Source: an uncultured Eubacteriales bacterium
GTDB lineage: Bacteria > Bacillota > Clostridia > Oscillospirales > CAG-272
Length of the DNA: 61,526 nt
Assembly: GCA_905210485.1 (NCBI GenBank)
Contig: CAJLXA010000005.1
Span: 1-61,526, forward strand
Direction: 5' to 3'
The notes below the pieces were generated by a model, which was not told where the DNA came from, did no database searches, and saw only the letters and a program-made list of their open reading frames with translations. A program made the translations under genes and the position numbers. Shown here piece by piece: positions 45,678-56,076 of the stretch; the first letter of the stretch is position 1, and the number at the start of each line of letters is the position of its first letter.

Positions 45678-47411
45678 ATGGATATGGTTAAAGTAAAAAT
45701 CGACGGCAGAGAATATGACGTTCCGAAGAACGCCACGGTTCTTGAAGCCGCAAGAGTGGCCGGTGTGGATATTCCCACGCTCTGCTACCTGAAAGATATC
45801 AACGAGATCGGCGCATGCCGCCTCTGTCTTGTGGAAGTCAAGGGCGCGCGCGGTCTTGTAACCTCCTGCGTTTACCCTGTAAACGAAGGCATGGAGATCT
45901 TCACAAACACCGAAAAAGTCCGTGCCGCAAGAAAAACCAACCTGGAACTGGTGCTTTCCGCACATGAGAAGAAGTGTCTCTCCTGCGTTCGCTCCACTTC
46001 CTGCGAACTGCAGAAACTTTGCCAGGAATACGGAGTGGAAGACTCCGCTTTCGGCGGCAGAGAAGATTCTTTCCCGATTGAGGCTTCCGGCCCCTCCATC
46101 GTTCGGGACAACAACAAATGTATCCTGTGCCGCCGTTGCGTTGCCGCATGTAAAAACATGCAGGGAATCGGCGTCATTGAAGCGAAGAACAGAGGATTCG
46201 ATACGGTCATCGGTTGCGAATTCGACAAACCGCTTGCCGAAAGTTCCTGCGTGAACTGCGGCCAGTGTATTCTCGCATGTCCTGTCGGCGCTCTTTACGA
46301 GAAAGACGACACCGATAAGGTGTTTGCCGCTATTGCCGATCCGAAAAAGCATGTCGCCATCTGCATGGCACCGTCTGTCCGCGCCGGCATCGGCGAAGAA
46401 TTCGGTTATGAAATCGGTACGGATACCGAGGGCAAACTCGTTGCCGCGGCAAAACGTCTCGGCTTTGACGGCGTGTATGACATGAACTTTACCGCCGACC
46501 TTACGATTATGGAAGAAGCGTATGAGTTTATCGGCCGCCTGAAAAACGGCGGAAAACTGCCGCTTATCACTTCCTGCTCGCCCGGTTGGGTCAAATACTG
46601 CGAGCATTATTTCCCCGAAATGACCGAGAATCTTTCGTCCTGCAAATCGCCCCAGCAGATGTTCGGCGCAGTGTACAAGGCTTTCTTCGCGGAAAAACTG
46701 GGTGTGAAACCCGAAGACGTGTACATGGTATCCTGCATCCCCTGCACGGCCAAGAAGTTTGAAATCGGCCGCGACGGCGAAGCCGCCCTCGGTATGCCCG
46801 ATGTCGATGCCGCCATCACGACGCGCGAACTGGCGCGCATGATCCGCAAAGCAGGCATCAATTTCCGTGCGCTCCCCGATGAAAAATTCGACAGCCCGGT
46901 CGATTACGGTTCCGGTGCCGGCGTTATTTTCGGCGCAACCGGCGGCGTTATGGAGGCCGCACTGCGTACCGCGGCCGAAGTTGTTCTCGGTAAGCCGCTT
47001 AAATGCGTTGATTTCACCGATGTCCGTGGCACGGCCGGCATCAAACGCGCTACCTATAAACTCGGTGATCTTGAGCTGAAAGTGGCCGTTGCTTCCGGTA
47101 CAAAGAACGCAAAAGAACTCCTGAAATCGGTGGAGAACGGTGAAAAGATCGACTTTATCGAAATCATGGCGTGCCCCGGCGGTTGCGTCAACGGCGGCGG
47201 TCAGCCGATCCAGCCTGCTGTTGTACGTAACAATGTCGACATTCGCGCGCTTCGCGCTGGTATCCTCTATACGGCTGATAAAGCGAAAGATGTCCGCAAG
47301 TCGCACGAAAACTCGATCGTGAAGAAGATTTACGAGGACTTCCTCGGCGAACCCAACAGCCATAAGGCGCATGAACTTTTGCACACCACGTACGTAAAAC
47401 GCGGTCTTTGA
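45678..47411 (+). CDS. hydA: [FeFe] hydrogenase catalytic subunit (M3-type, group A3-like)
   Basis: 577 aa. N-terminal 2Fe-2S domain, His-ligated cluster HEKKCLSC...C, and two 4Fe-4S motifs. H-cluster motifs: P1 TSCSPGW, P2 IPCTAKKFE, P3 EIMACPGGCVNGGGQP. Confidence 0.92.
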   Translation: MDMVKVKIDGREYDVPKNATVLEAARVAGVDIPTLCYLKDINEIGACRLCLVEVKGARGLVTSCVYPVNEGMEIFTNTEKVRAARKTNLELVLSAHEKKCLSCVRSTSCELQKLCQEYGVEDSAFGGREDSFPIEASGPSIVRDNNKCILCRRCVAACKNMQGIGVIEAKNRGFDTVIGCEFDKPLAESSCVNCGQCILACPVGALYEKDDTDKVFAAIADPKKHVAICMAPSVRAGIGEEFGYEIGTDTEGKLVAAAKRLGFDGVYDMNFTADLTIMEEAYEFIGRLKNGGKLPLITSCSPGWVKYCEHYFPEMTENLSSCKSPQQMFGAVYKAFFAEKLGVKPEDVYMVSCIPCTAKKFEIGRDGEAALGMPDVDAAITTRELARMIRKAGINFRALPDEKFDSPVDYGSGAGVIFGATGGVMEAALRTAAEVVLGKPLKCVDFTDVRGTAGIKRATYKLGDLELKVAVASGTKNAKELLKSVENGEKIDFIEIMACPGGCVNGGGQPIQPAVVRNNVDIRALRAGILYTADKAKDVRKSHENSIVKKIYEDFLGEPNSHKAHELLHTTYVKRGL

Positions 47412-47440
47412 TCCGTTTTTCGTTCGCAGAATAACCGGTC

Positions 47441-47484
47441 GGGAACGGCAAGACACAGACATGTCCTGCCGTTCCTGCTGTTTT
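47441..47484 (+). terminator. intrinsic terminator of the hyd operon
   Basis: Stem ggaacggca...tgccgttcc with inner stem gaca / tgtc, followed by TGCTGTTTTG. Confidence 0.75.
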
Positions 47485-47710
47485 GTAGGAATATTGCTAT
47501 AATAAGGTTTTTCTTCCTAAAAATAACATATTGGAAAACAGACGGTATTCGGGAGAAAAAGCTCATTTGCCGTTCTTCGGAAAACGCATGATTTATCGCC
47601 GTATTGTGCATTTTTCAAACAAGCGCCCGTGCTTTTGTGAATATTTGGTTACACAGAATGAAATAATCGAAAATTTTTGATTTTTATTGTGCAAAAAAGC
47701 AAAAACGCAC

Positions 47711-47739
47711 TTGACAATCGGTTATGGAAATTGTATAAT
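47711..47739 (+). promoter_or_regulatory. exact consensus sigma-A promoter for lipoprotein gene 1
   Basis: TTGACA (47711-16), 17-nt spacer, TATAAT (47734-39). Confidence 0.8.
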
Positions 47740-47806
47740 GTTTTCATGTAAAGAAATCGCTTGTACAAGTGGCGGTTTCGTAATATATTTTAAAAGGAGA
47801 AAATTC

Positions 47807-49447
47807 ATGAAACTGAAAGCAAAATGGCTTCTGTTTGCGCTCGTGTGCGTTCTCATGCTGGCTCTTGTGGCATGTGGCAAACCCGGCGATGACAGCAGCT
47901 CAGATGATTCTTCTTCCGAAGAAGATTCCTCTTCGCAGGAAGAGGTAAAAAAGTTTACCGTTACATATCACTATGGTGTTGCTGAATGGGATGCCGAAAA
48001 CGGAAAAGTAAAAACCTATGCCGCTACCAAAGAAGTATCGGTCAAGGCGGGCGGTAAGGCGAAAGACGGTCTTGCTTCGGGCGATAAGACTCCGGAGGGC
48101 TATTCTTTCGTGACATGGGAATGTGACGGCGGCAACCTGAACAAAGTTACGAAAAATCTTGACGCTTATGCCAAGTACACGGTTCTCGATACGCATACCG
48201 TTACTTTCAAAGATGCAAACGGCAGGGTAATCTCCGCTACTACTGTCTACAGCGGCAAGAAAGTTGACGCAGCCGATGTTCCCGACACGAACGGCTTCCG
48301 TGTTTATGACGCCGAAAGATATGCTTCGCTTTCCGACGCCAGCAAGCAGGAACTGGATCTTGTGGAATTCAAGGACGCAAACGGCAATTGGATTATCGAA
48401 GGCGCCTATATCAAGGCTTCGGACAAAGCTCTGATCGGCAAAGCCGTTCCGCTCTCATTCGATTCTTATTTCGGCGGTTGGAACTCTGACAGTAGCGCTA
48501 TGTCTTCTCCTAACTCGCGTATCACTGCCAACGTTACCTTTACGGTAAAAGAGAACAAAGCTACTGCGGTTGTTCCGTCTGTCGGAAAGAACGACGTGGT
48601 GATCGACGGTCAGAAGGATGCGAAGTACGAAAAGGTCGGCGAACTGTATAAGTACATCATTTCCGAAAAAGTAACCGACGCCAAACAAAAGAATGTTGAC
48701 TATACTATCCTCGATAAATATGCTACCAAAGAAGCCGCGGCGGCGGATAACAAGGGCGACGAATGGGAGAACGCCAACACGCTGGTAAAGGCGATTGGCG
48801 CCGATAAGATCCATGCAGAACTGTATATGGCATGGGACGGCGACTGGATCTACTTCCTTGTCGACGTAAATGACCCGACGGTTGTAACGCAGGGCAAACA
48901 GTACTGCTCCATTAATAACCCGTATGAAAATGATGGCGTTGAAATCTGGTATGCCATTAACGGATACTATTCCAAACTTTGCCTTGACGCTATGGGATAT
49001 AATCTCTATTCCGGCGCTACTCAGCCGTCTGCTTATCTCGGCTTTGTAAAGAATAACAATGCCAACTATCAGACGTCGATCAAGGGCGGTACAAAACCGA
49101 CTTCCGATGATCCTACGGTAATCGCCAATGCTACCGGCTACATCGTGGAATGCAGACTGCCGGCCTATAATGAACCCACCGACACCATCACGGCTGATGA
49201 TCCGCTCGGTGAAAATCTTGGCGGCAAACATTGGGGTTCCAAACTTCGTTGCGGCGATATGGTGCACATTTCGCTCCAGGTAGACAGCATTTCCGCAGCC
49301 GCATCGGCCGAGAGCATTACCCAGTGCGTTTCCACAAGCGGTACTTCTTCACTGGACAGTCTCGGCGAAAAACTGAATCGTATCAATATCGGTTATCAGA
49401 CTAACGGTTCCGCAGGCGCAGGTACTGCGGTACTGATCCTCGGTTGA
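47807..49447 (+). CDS. lipoprotein with Listeria-Bacteroides-type repeat region and CBM9-like C-terminal domain (paralog 1)
   Basis: Start at the ATG at 47807 (RBS AAGGAGA). Signal peptide with lipobox: MKLKAKWLLFALVCVLMLALVAC-G. A Ser/Asp/Glu-rich linker follows, then FTVTYHYG... and HTVTFKDANG... repeats. The C-terminal block is AELYMAWDGDWIYFLVDVNDP...NDGVEIWY. 546 aa. Confidence 0.85.
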   Translation: MKLKAKWLLFALVCVLMLALVACGKPGDDSSSDDSSSEEDSSSQEEVKKFTVTYHYGVAEWDAENGKVKTYAATKEVSVKAGGKAKDGLASGDKTPEGYSFVTWECDGGNLNKVTKNLDAYAKYTVLDTHTVTFKDANGRVISATTVYSGKKVDAADVPDTNGFRVYDAERYASLSDASKQELDLVEFKDANGNWIIEGAYIKASDKALIGKAVPLSFDSYFGGWNSDSSAMSSPNSRITANVTFTVKENKATAVVPSVGKNDVVIDGQKDAKYEKVGELYKYIISEKVTDAKQKNVDYTILDKYATKEAAAADNKGDEWENANTLVKAIGADKIHAELYMAWDGDWIYFLVDVNDPTVVTQGKQYCSINNPYENDGVEIWYAINGYYSKLCLDAMGYNLYSGATQPSAYLGFVKNNNANYQTSIKGGTKPTSDDPTVIANATGYIVECRLPAYNEPTDTITADDPLGENLGGKHWGSKLRCGDMVHISLQVDSISAAASAESITQCVSTSGTSSLDSLGEKLNRINIGYQTNGSAGAGTAVLILG

Positions 49448-49460
49448 TCCGTATAACAGA

Positions 49461-49494
49461 AAAGCAGGACGCATGTCCTGCTTTTTCGTTTTTT
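49461..49494 (+). terminator. intrinsic terminator of lipoprotein gene 1
   Basis: 10-bp stem aaagcaggac / gtcctgcttt with loop gcat, followed by TTCGTTTTTT. Confidence 0.9.
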
Positions 49495-49736
49495 GCAACC
49501 GAAAACGCGCAATAGTTGCATAACGTGAAAGATTGACTGATGAGAAAATCTTCTGTTTACGATAAAACAAAAGAGACCTGCCGGTGAGATTTCAAAAAAA
49601 CAGGCAGAAGATCTGCCATATCTTTGCAGAAAGCAGAACCCGTTCTTACCGAATAAGAAATGCCGGAAAAAATCGGCGTCCGGCGTTTTTATAGGGCCTG
49701 TACAGACCGTCGGTCATCTTGTTTTGCAAATTTCGG

Positions 49737-49976
49737 GAAGAGCAAGGCGAAGAGCGTGGCGAAGAGCGTGGCGGAGAGCGTGGCGGAGAGCGTGGCGGAG
49801 AGCGTGGCGGAGAGCGTGGCGGAGAGCGCGGAGGAGAGCAAGGCGAAGAGCGTGGCGGAGAGCGTGGCGGAGAGCGCGGAGGAGAGCAAGGCGGAGAGCG
49901 TGGCAGAGAACGTGGCAGAGAACGTGACAGAAAACGTGACAGAGAATGCGGCAGAGAGCAAGGCGGAGTACGGGAA
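49737..49976. repeat. 12-bp tandem repeat array, 20 units (consensus GGAGAGCGTGGC)
   Basis: Read directly. There are 20 head-to-tail 12-mers. The central units are identical (5 x ggagagcgtggc at 49773-49832). An interspersed 36-bp higher-order block appears twice: ggagagcgtggc ggagagcgcgga ggagagcaaggc at 49821-49856 and 49869-49904. The 3' units become progressively A-rich and degenerate (agagaacgtggc, agaaaacgtgac). Confidence 0.95.
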
Positions 49977-50276
49977 GAAGAGTGCGGCGCCCCTTTTATT
50001 TTCCGCCGTTTCTATGTATACGTGCGTTCTTTTTATCCGGGGGCTGTTTCTTTTTTCGGATATTTTCCGATGGTATATAAAAACAGCTTCGGTCGGAAAA
50101 CCGAAAAAACGACATGCACGCACGCGCAGGAATAAAATGGTATATACGGCGCATATATGCAGGTTATACACCGAATATGACATTTTTTGGTAGATTTTTT
50201 GAGGTTATTTTGTCGCAATTTGTACAAAAACAGTATATAAAAATTCAATACTTTGTACGAAAAGAATAAAAATGTA

Positions 50277-50305
50277 TTGACATTTATTCTTTCGATTGGT
50301 ATAAT
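50277..50305 (+). promoter_or_regulatory. exact consensus sigma-A promoter for lipoprotein gene 2
   Basis: TTGACA (50277-82), 17-nt spacer, TATAAT (50300-05). Confidence 0.8.
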
Positions 50306-50313
50306 ATTACATG

Positions 50314-50334
50314 TAAGAATTTAGGAAATTCTTA
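50314..50334 (+). promoter_or_regulatory. perfect 9-bp inverted repeat at the predicted transcript start (operator or 5' stem-loop)
   Basis: TAAGAATTT-agg-AAATTCTTA begins 9 nt after the -10 box. Confidence 0.45.
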
Positions 50335-50360
50335 TACAACACATCATAAGGAGAAAAATT

Positions 50361-52166
50361 ATGAAACATGCGGCAAAGCTACTTATTCTTGTCCTGGCAT
50401 TTTTGATGGTTTTTTCTTTTGCCTCTTGCGATGAAGACGGAAACCCCGAAGAAAGCAGCAGTGACCAGGCTCAGTCGGAAAGCGGAACCACCAAAGAAAC
50501 GACTTATACGGTTACTTTCCATTACGGTGTGAAAACTTTTGAAAACGATAAGGTCACGGAATGGAAAACCACAAAAGTAAATTCGTGGAAAAAAGGTGAG
50601 AAGAGCGTCAGCGCTCCTACCAAATCTGTGGTGGAAGCGGGCGAAACCGATTATCGTTTCCTTTGCTGGGTAGACGCGAACGGCAATGAGATCCAGAAGT
50701 CCAAATATCAGCGGCCGTCTGCAAATATGGACGTATATGCTTCTTACAGAGCAGCGTATGAGTACACGGTTACTTTCAAGAGCGGTTTCGGTTCCGAAAC
50801 GATCTCCACGGTAAAGGTGAAGGAAGGTCAGAAGCTGTCTGCTGACCAGATTCCGTCAACGCAACCGATCTATGTATACTACAAAACGTCCGAACCCTAT
50901 AAATCATGGTCGGCCGAGAAAAAAGCGGCTTGCACCTCGCTCTTCGACTGCAATATTTCGATTCAGGGTGTAAACGGCGATGACAGTAAAAACTACTTCA
51001 TCGAAACGGCTGACAAGGATCGTCTCGGCAAGGCTATCATGATGCTGTACGGCCAGTCTTTCCAGAGCTGGATCAGCGATAACACCGCAAAGGTCAAGAG
51101 CATTACCAGCAAGATCACCGATAACGTAACGTTTACGGTGCAGGCGGCCGACGCCGTTGTTATCCCGAAAGTCGATCAGGGCACGATCTTTATCGACGGT
51201 GTCATCGACGAAGGCAAGTACGCGCTGATGGGTAACATGTATAAAAACGTTATTTCCGCCAAAGTCGACGGCGCGAAATTTACCACGAGCGACATGAAGA
51301 TGTTTGCTCTCATCAACCAGTATGCCACGGCCGATGAAGCCAAAAAAGCGGCCTATGACGCGGCTATCAGCGCCGGCAAGACGGAAGAAGAAGCAACTGC
51401 CGCGGGCGCAACCGCCGCAGAAAACTGGACAGAGCAGGATAGACTGTATAAACTGCCCGGTAGCGTCAACGCTGAACTCTATATGGCATGGGACGGCGAC
51501 TATATTTACTTTGCCGTAAAAGTATATGACAGCAAGATCGTTACGGAAGGCAAAGACTACTGCTCCATCAACAACCCGTACGAAAACGACGGCGTTGAAA
51601 TGTGGTACGGCTTTAACAACAACTTCTCGAAGATCTGCCTTGACGCGGCAGGATGGACGGTTTACAGCGGTGCTTCCAATCCGTCGAAATACCTGAACTT
51701 CATCAAGAATAACAATAAGTTTGCAACGCAGATTTATAAAGCCGACAATTCGGTTGTTACCGTTGATAAGAACGACGGTTCCGCGCGTGTTCTTGCCGAA
51801 GGCGAAGGTTCCTATTATATTGTGGAATACGTTCTTCCTGCATTCCATGAACCTACCGACGTCATCACGGAAGATGATCCGCTCGGCAGTGATCTCGGCG
51901 GCAAACATTGGGGTCAGCGCATGATTACCGGTACGAACGTTTACGTTTCGATGCAGGTGGACTGCGTATCCGATGTAGCTGACGCGGCATCTCTTGAAAA
52001 ATCCAAAACTACCGGCAGCACTTGCCTGAACAGCGAATCCGCCAACGGTCAGAAGAAAGGCGGCGCGACCGGCAATACGCTGAGAAGATCCAACTTCGGT
52101 TGGCAGACCTCTTCCGCAGGTAGCGTTAATAAGAACGGCGGTACACTCTCCCTCGTTCTCGGTTAA
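50361..52166 (+). CDS. lipoprotein, paralog 2 (Listeria-Bacteroides-type repeats + CBM9-like domain)
   Basis: 601 aa. Lipobox VFSFASC-D. YTVTFHYG and YTVTFKSGFG repeats. The block AELYMAWDGDYIYFAVKVYDS...NDGVEMWY is colinear with paralog 1. Confidence 0.85.
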   Translation: MKHAAKLLILVLAFLMVFSFASCDEDGNPEESSSDQAQSESGTTKETTYTVTFHYGVKTFENDKVTEWKTTKVNSWKKGEKSVSAPTKSVVEAGETDYRFLCWVDANGNEIQKSKYQRPSANMDVYASYRAAYEYTVTFKSGFGSETISTVKVKEGQKLSADQIPSTQPIYVYYKTSEPYKSWSAEKKAACTSLFDCNISIQGVNGDDSKNYFIETADKDRLGKAIMMLYGQSFQSWISDNTAKVKSITSKITDNVTFTVQAADAVVIPKVDQGTIFIDGVIDEGKYALMGNMYKNVISAKVDGAKFTTSDMKMFALINQYATADEAKKAAYDAAISAGKTEEEATAAGATAAENWTEQDRLYKLPGSVNAELYMAWDGDYIYFAVKVYDSKIVTEGKDYCSINNPYENDGVEMWYGFNNNFSKICLDAAGWTVYSGASNPSKYLNFIKNNNKFATQIYKADNSVVTVDKNDGSARVLAEGEGSYYIVEYVLPAFHEPTDVITEDDPLGSDLGGKHWGQRMITGTNVYVSMQVDCVSDVADAASLEKSKTTGSTCLNSESANGQKKGGATGNTLRRSNFGWQTSSAGSVNKNGGTLSLVLG

Positions 52167-52175
52167 GCGGACAAT

Positions 52176-52213
52176 AAAAAAACGGCAGATTATATATCTG
52201 CCGTTTTTCTTTT
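52176..52213 (+). terminator. intrinsic terminator of lipoprotein gene 2
   Basis: Stem aaaaaacggcagat / atctgccgttttt with loop tatat, followed by a T-run. Confidence 0.9.
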
Positions 52214-52230
52214 ATATGTATCGCTGTTGT

Positions 52231-52263
52231 CGTGAAAAGCGGCACGCATGACGCGTGCCGCTT
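52231..52263 (-). terminator. intrinsic terminator of the 236-aa membrane protein gene
   Basis: 11-bp stem aagcggcacgc / gcgtgccgctt, followed on the minus strand by TTTTCAC. Confidence 0.7.
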
Positions 52264-52272
52264 GTTACAAGT

Positions 52273-52983
52273 TTACAGATACAGAGGAGCCAGGCGCTTT
52301 TCCGTTTTGCAGAGGAGAATGTAGGCAAGGGAAACGGAGATAAAAATAAAGAGAAAATCCCATATCATCAGGGCAACTTCGGCGGCGTTCATAAGAGAAG
52401 GAATACCGTAATACTGATCGTTTATGAAATTAACGGTTTTAACGATCTGTAGGATCATGCGTGCCAGGAAGAACAGAAGCGCCAGAATGGCATTGGCGGT
52501 GAAGAGCGGTTGACCGGGCGCGAATATGGCAACATCGTCGCGGTTCCCGCGCAGGAAAACATAGTACAGCGGCAAAAACAGCAGGATATGAAGGAGTACA
52601 TAGAAAGCATAGTTCAGAAGCAGGTCTGTGGCGACAACGCCGAATGTATATTCCTGCAGTTCAATGATTCCGTACAGTAACTGGTAGAACAGTTTCGATA
52701 AAAACAGCGGTAAAAATACAGCGACGGCGCCGTGAATTCCTTCTTTTCGCGTGCGCATGAACAGAAACGCAAAGGCGAAAAAGGAAAGCGCAATATCAAG
52801 AAACTGGAGTGAATAGTATAGAATGTAGAGCAGAATAAGAATAATGCCGCCCGAACGTTCAATGAGGTAATTGTACAGCGGATAGACGGCAAGAAGTAAT
52901 AGATTGGCGGCAAGAACGGTTGCCGAAAAGATAAGAATATTCTTTTCGGGGAGTTTTCGCGCGAAAGGCGGCGATGTTTTCAT
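52273..52983 (-). CDS. hypothetical polytopic membrane protein
   Basis: 236 aa with about 7 hydrophobic helices, rich in L/F/Y. RBS AGGAGA. No family recognised. Confidence 0.6.
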   Translation of the reverse strand: MKTSPPFARKLPEKNILIFSATVLAANLLLLAVYPLYNYLIERSGGIILILLYILYYSLQFLDIALSFFAFAFLFMRTRKEGIHGAVAVFLPLFLSKLFYQLLYGIIELQEYTFGVVATDLLLNYAFYVLLHILLFLPLYYVFLRGNRDDVAIFAPGQPLFTANAILALLFFLARMILQIVKTVNFINDQYYGIPSLMNAAEVALMIWDFLFIFISVSLAYILLCKTEKRLAPLYL

Positions 52984-53146
52984 AGAATTCTCCTGAAATC
53001 GTTTTCTGTTGTTTTTCCCGTCTGTAGTAGTGACGGCGGACGCGGAACAAAGAAAAAATGTGTATTCCTATTTATTGTATCATTTTTCTTTTCCGAATTC
53101 AACGTCTGACGGAAGAAAAAACAAGATTTTGCAGAAATTTTACAGA

Positions 53147-53176
53147 AAAAGACCTGCGCCGAAGCGCAGGTCTTTT
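53147..53176 (-). terminator. intrinsic terminator of groESL
   Basis: Perfect 13-bp stem aaaagacctgcgc / gcgcaggtctttt with loop cgaa. Confidence 0.9.
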
Positions 53177-53192
53177 GGCTTTGGGTGAAAAA

Positions 53193-55131
<1,939 letters not shown>

Positions 55132-55174
55132 AATCATATCCTCCATAAACCTTATAAAATTACTGTTCAACGGT

Positions 55175-55201
55175 TTAGCACTCAAAACGCCTGAGTGCTA
55201 A
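55175..55201. promoter_or_regulatory. CIRCE operator (HrcA binding site)
   Basis: TTAGCACTC-aaaacgcct-GAGTGCTAA is an exact match to the CIRCE consensus TTAGCACTC-N9-GAGTGCTAA. It lies between the promoter and groES. Confidence 0.95.
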
Positions 55202-55212
55202 ACTCTGCGTTT

Positions 55213-55240
55213 ATTGTACCATTTCTGTTATAAAAATCAA
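55213..55240 (-). promoter_or_regulatory. sigma-A promoter for groESL
   Basis: The minus strand reads TTGATT (55240-35), a 16-nt spacer, then TACAAT (55218-13), immediately upstream of CIRCE. Confidence 0.7.
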
Positions 55241-55283
55241 GGGGGCAACTGCAAAATTCATACTTTGTTAACAAATATTTCCG

Positions 55284-56060
55284 TCAGGAAAGTTCCTGCC
55301 GCAGAAAAGCCAGAATTTTCTTTTCTTCACGGGAGATTTTGACCTGCGTCAGACCGAGAACGCGTGCGGTTTCCTCCTGTGAAAAATCGCGGAAATAGCG
55401 AAGCAGGATAATTTTTTTCTTGATGTCGGGGAGTTTGTCGAGGGCGGCGGATATGGCGATCCGATAGAAGTTCTTTTCGTTTTCCTCTTCGTCGCAGAGT
55501 GTGTTTTCGAGCGTAAGACTGTCATCGTCGGCATAGAGAATATCGGACAGGGAAGAAATGGGCGATGTGGCGTCCAGGGCGGCGGCCGCTTCTGCGGGCG
55601 TGACATGACAGCGCGCGGCCAGTTCTTCGATTCTGACGTCGGTTTTCCCTTCGGCTATGCATTTTTCACGCTCCGCGGCCAGAATGGCGCTGAGTCTTTT
55701 TTGCACACGCGAAACCTTGATCGGGCCGTCGTCGCGCAAAAAACGTCGTATTTCGCCGAAGATCAGCGGTACGGCATAGGTCGAGAAAGCGCAGGCACGG
55801 CTTTCATCAAACGTCCGTATGGCTTTTAAAAGACCGATGGAACCGATCTGCACAAGATCTTCATAATCGGTTCCGCGGCCGAGAAAGCGCACGGCTATAT
55901 GATTGACAAGACCGCCGTTGTTACGGATAAGTTCCTCGGTGGCTTTTTCGTCTCCGGCGCGTGCGCGGCGGAGAAGCGGGAGATTATCCCGGAAGCGTTC
56001 GTCTGTTTTGGATCTTTCGGCGGATTCTTCGTGAATAACGGCGGGAAGAGAGTTGTTCAT
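55284..56060 (-). CDS. sigF: sporulation sigma factor SigF
   Basis: Sigma-70 family regions 2-4 (DLVQIGSIGLLKAIRTFD, AVPLIFGEIRRFLRDD, C-terminal HTH SQEETARVLGLTQVKISREEKK). Assigned to SigF from its position after spoIIAA-spoIIAB. Start taken as the ATG at 56060; the ORF track uses the GTG at 56066. Confidence 0.88.
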   Translation of the reverse strand: MNNSLPAVIHEESAERSKTDERFRDNLPLLRRARAGDEKATEELIRNNGGLVNHIAVRFLGRGTDYEDLVQIGSIGLLKAIRTFDESRACAFSTYAVPLIFGEIRRFLRDDGPIKVSRVQKRLSAILAAEREKCIAEGKTDVRIEELAARCHVTPAEAAAALDATSPISSLSDILYADDDSLTLENTLCDEEENEKNFYRIAISAALDKLPDIKKKIILLRYFRDFSQEETARVLGLTQVKISREEKKILAFLRQELS

Positions 56061-56076
56061 ACGCACCCGTTCTGCG

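Noticed and set aside
49737-49976. Possible CRISPR array.
   Set aside because: The repeats are contiguous 12-mers with no spacers, far shorter than CRISPR repeats, and there are no cas genes in the window.
49660-50193. ORFs crossing the 12-bp repeat: 177 aa (AESV)n on plus, 138 aa (GERG)n, 67 aa (RRAW)n, and 164 aa (LSAT)n on minus.
   Set aside because: All frames are open only because the repeat period is a multiple of 3 and lacks stop triplets. There is no RBS, no signal peptide and no meaningful flanking sequence. Coding is not excluded (see the finding), but no CDS is called.
47758-50260. Recurrent TTGTACAA / TGTACA palindromes near the lipoprotein genes (47761, 50219, 50253, also 49699), considered as a shared operator.
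   Set aside because: TGTACA is a 6-mer palindrome expected about 15 times by chance in this window. It also occurs in unrelated places (5721, 7391). That is insufficient evidence for an operator.
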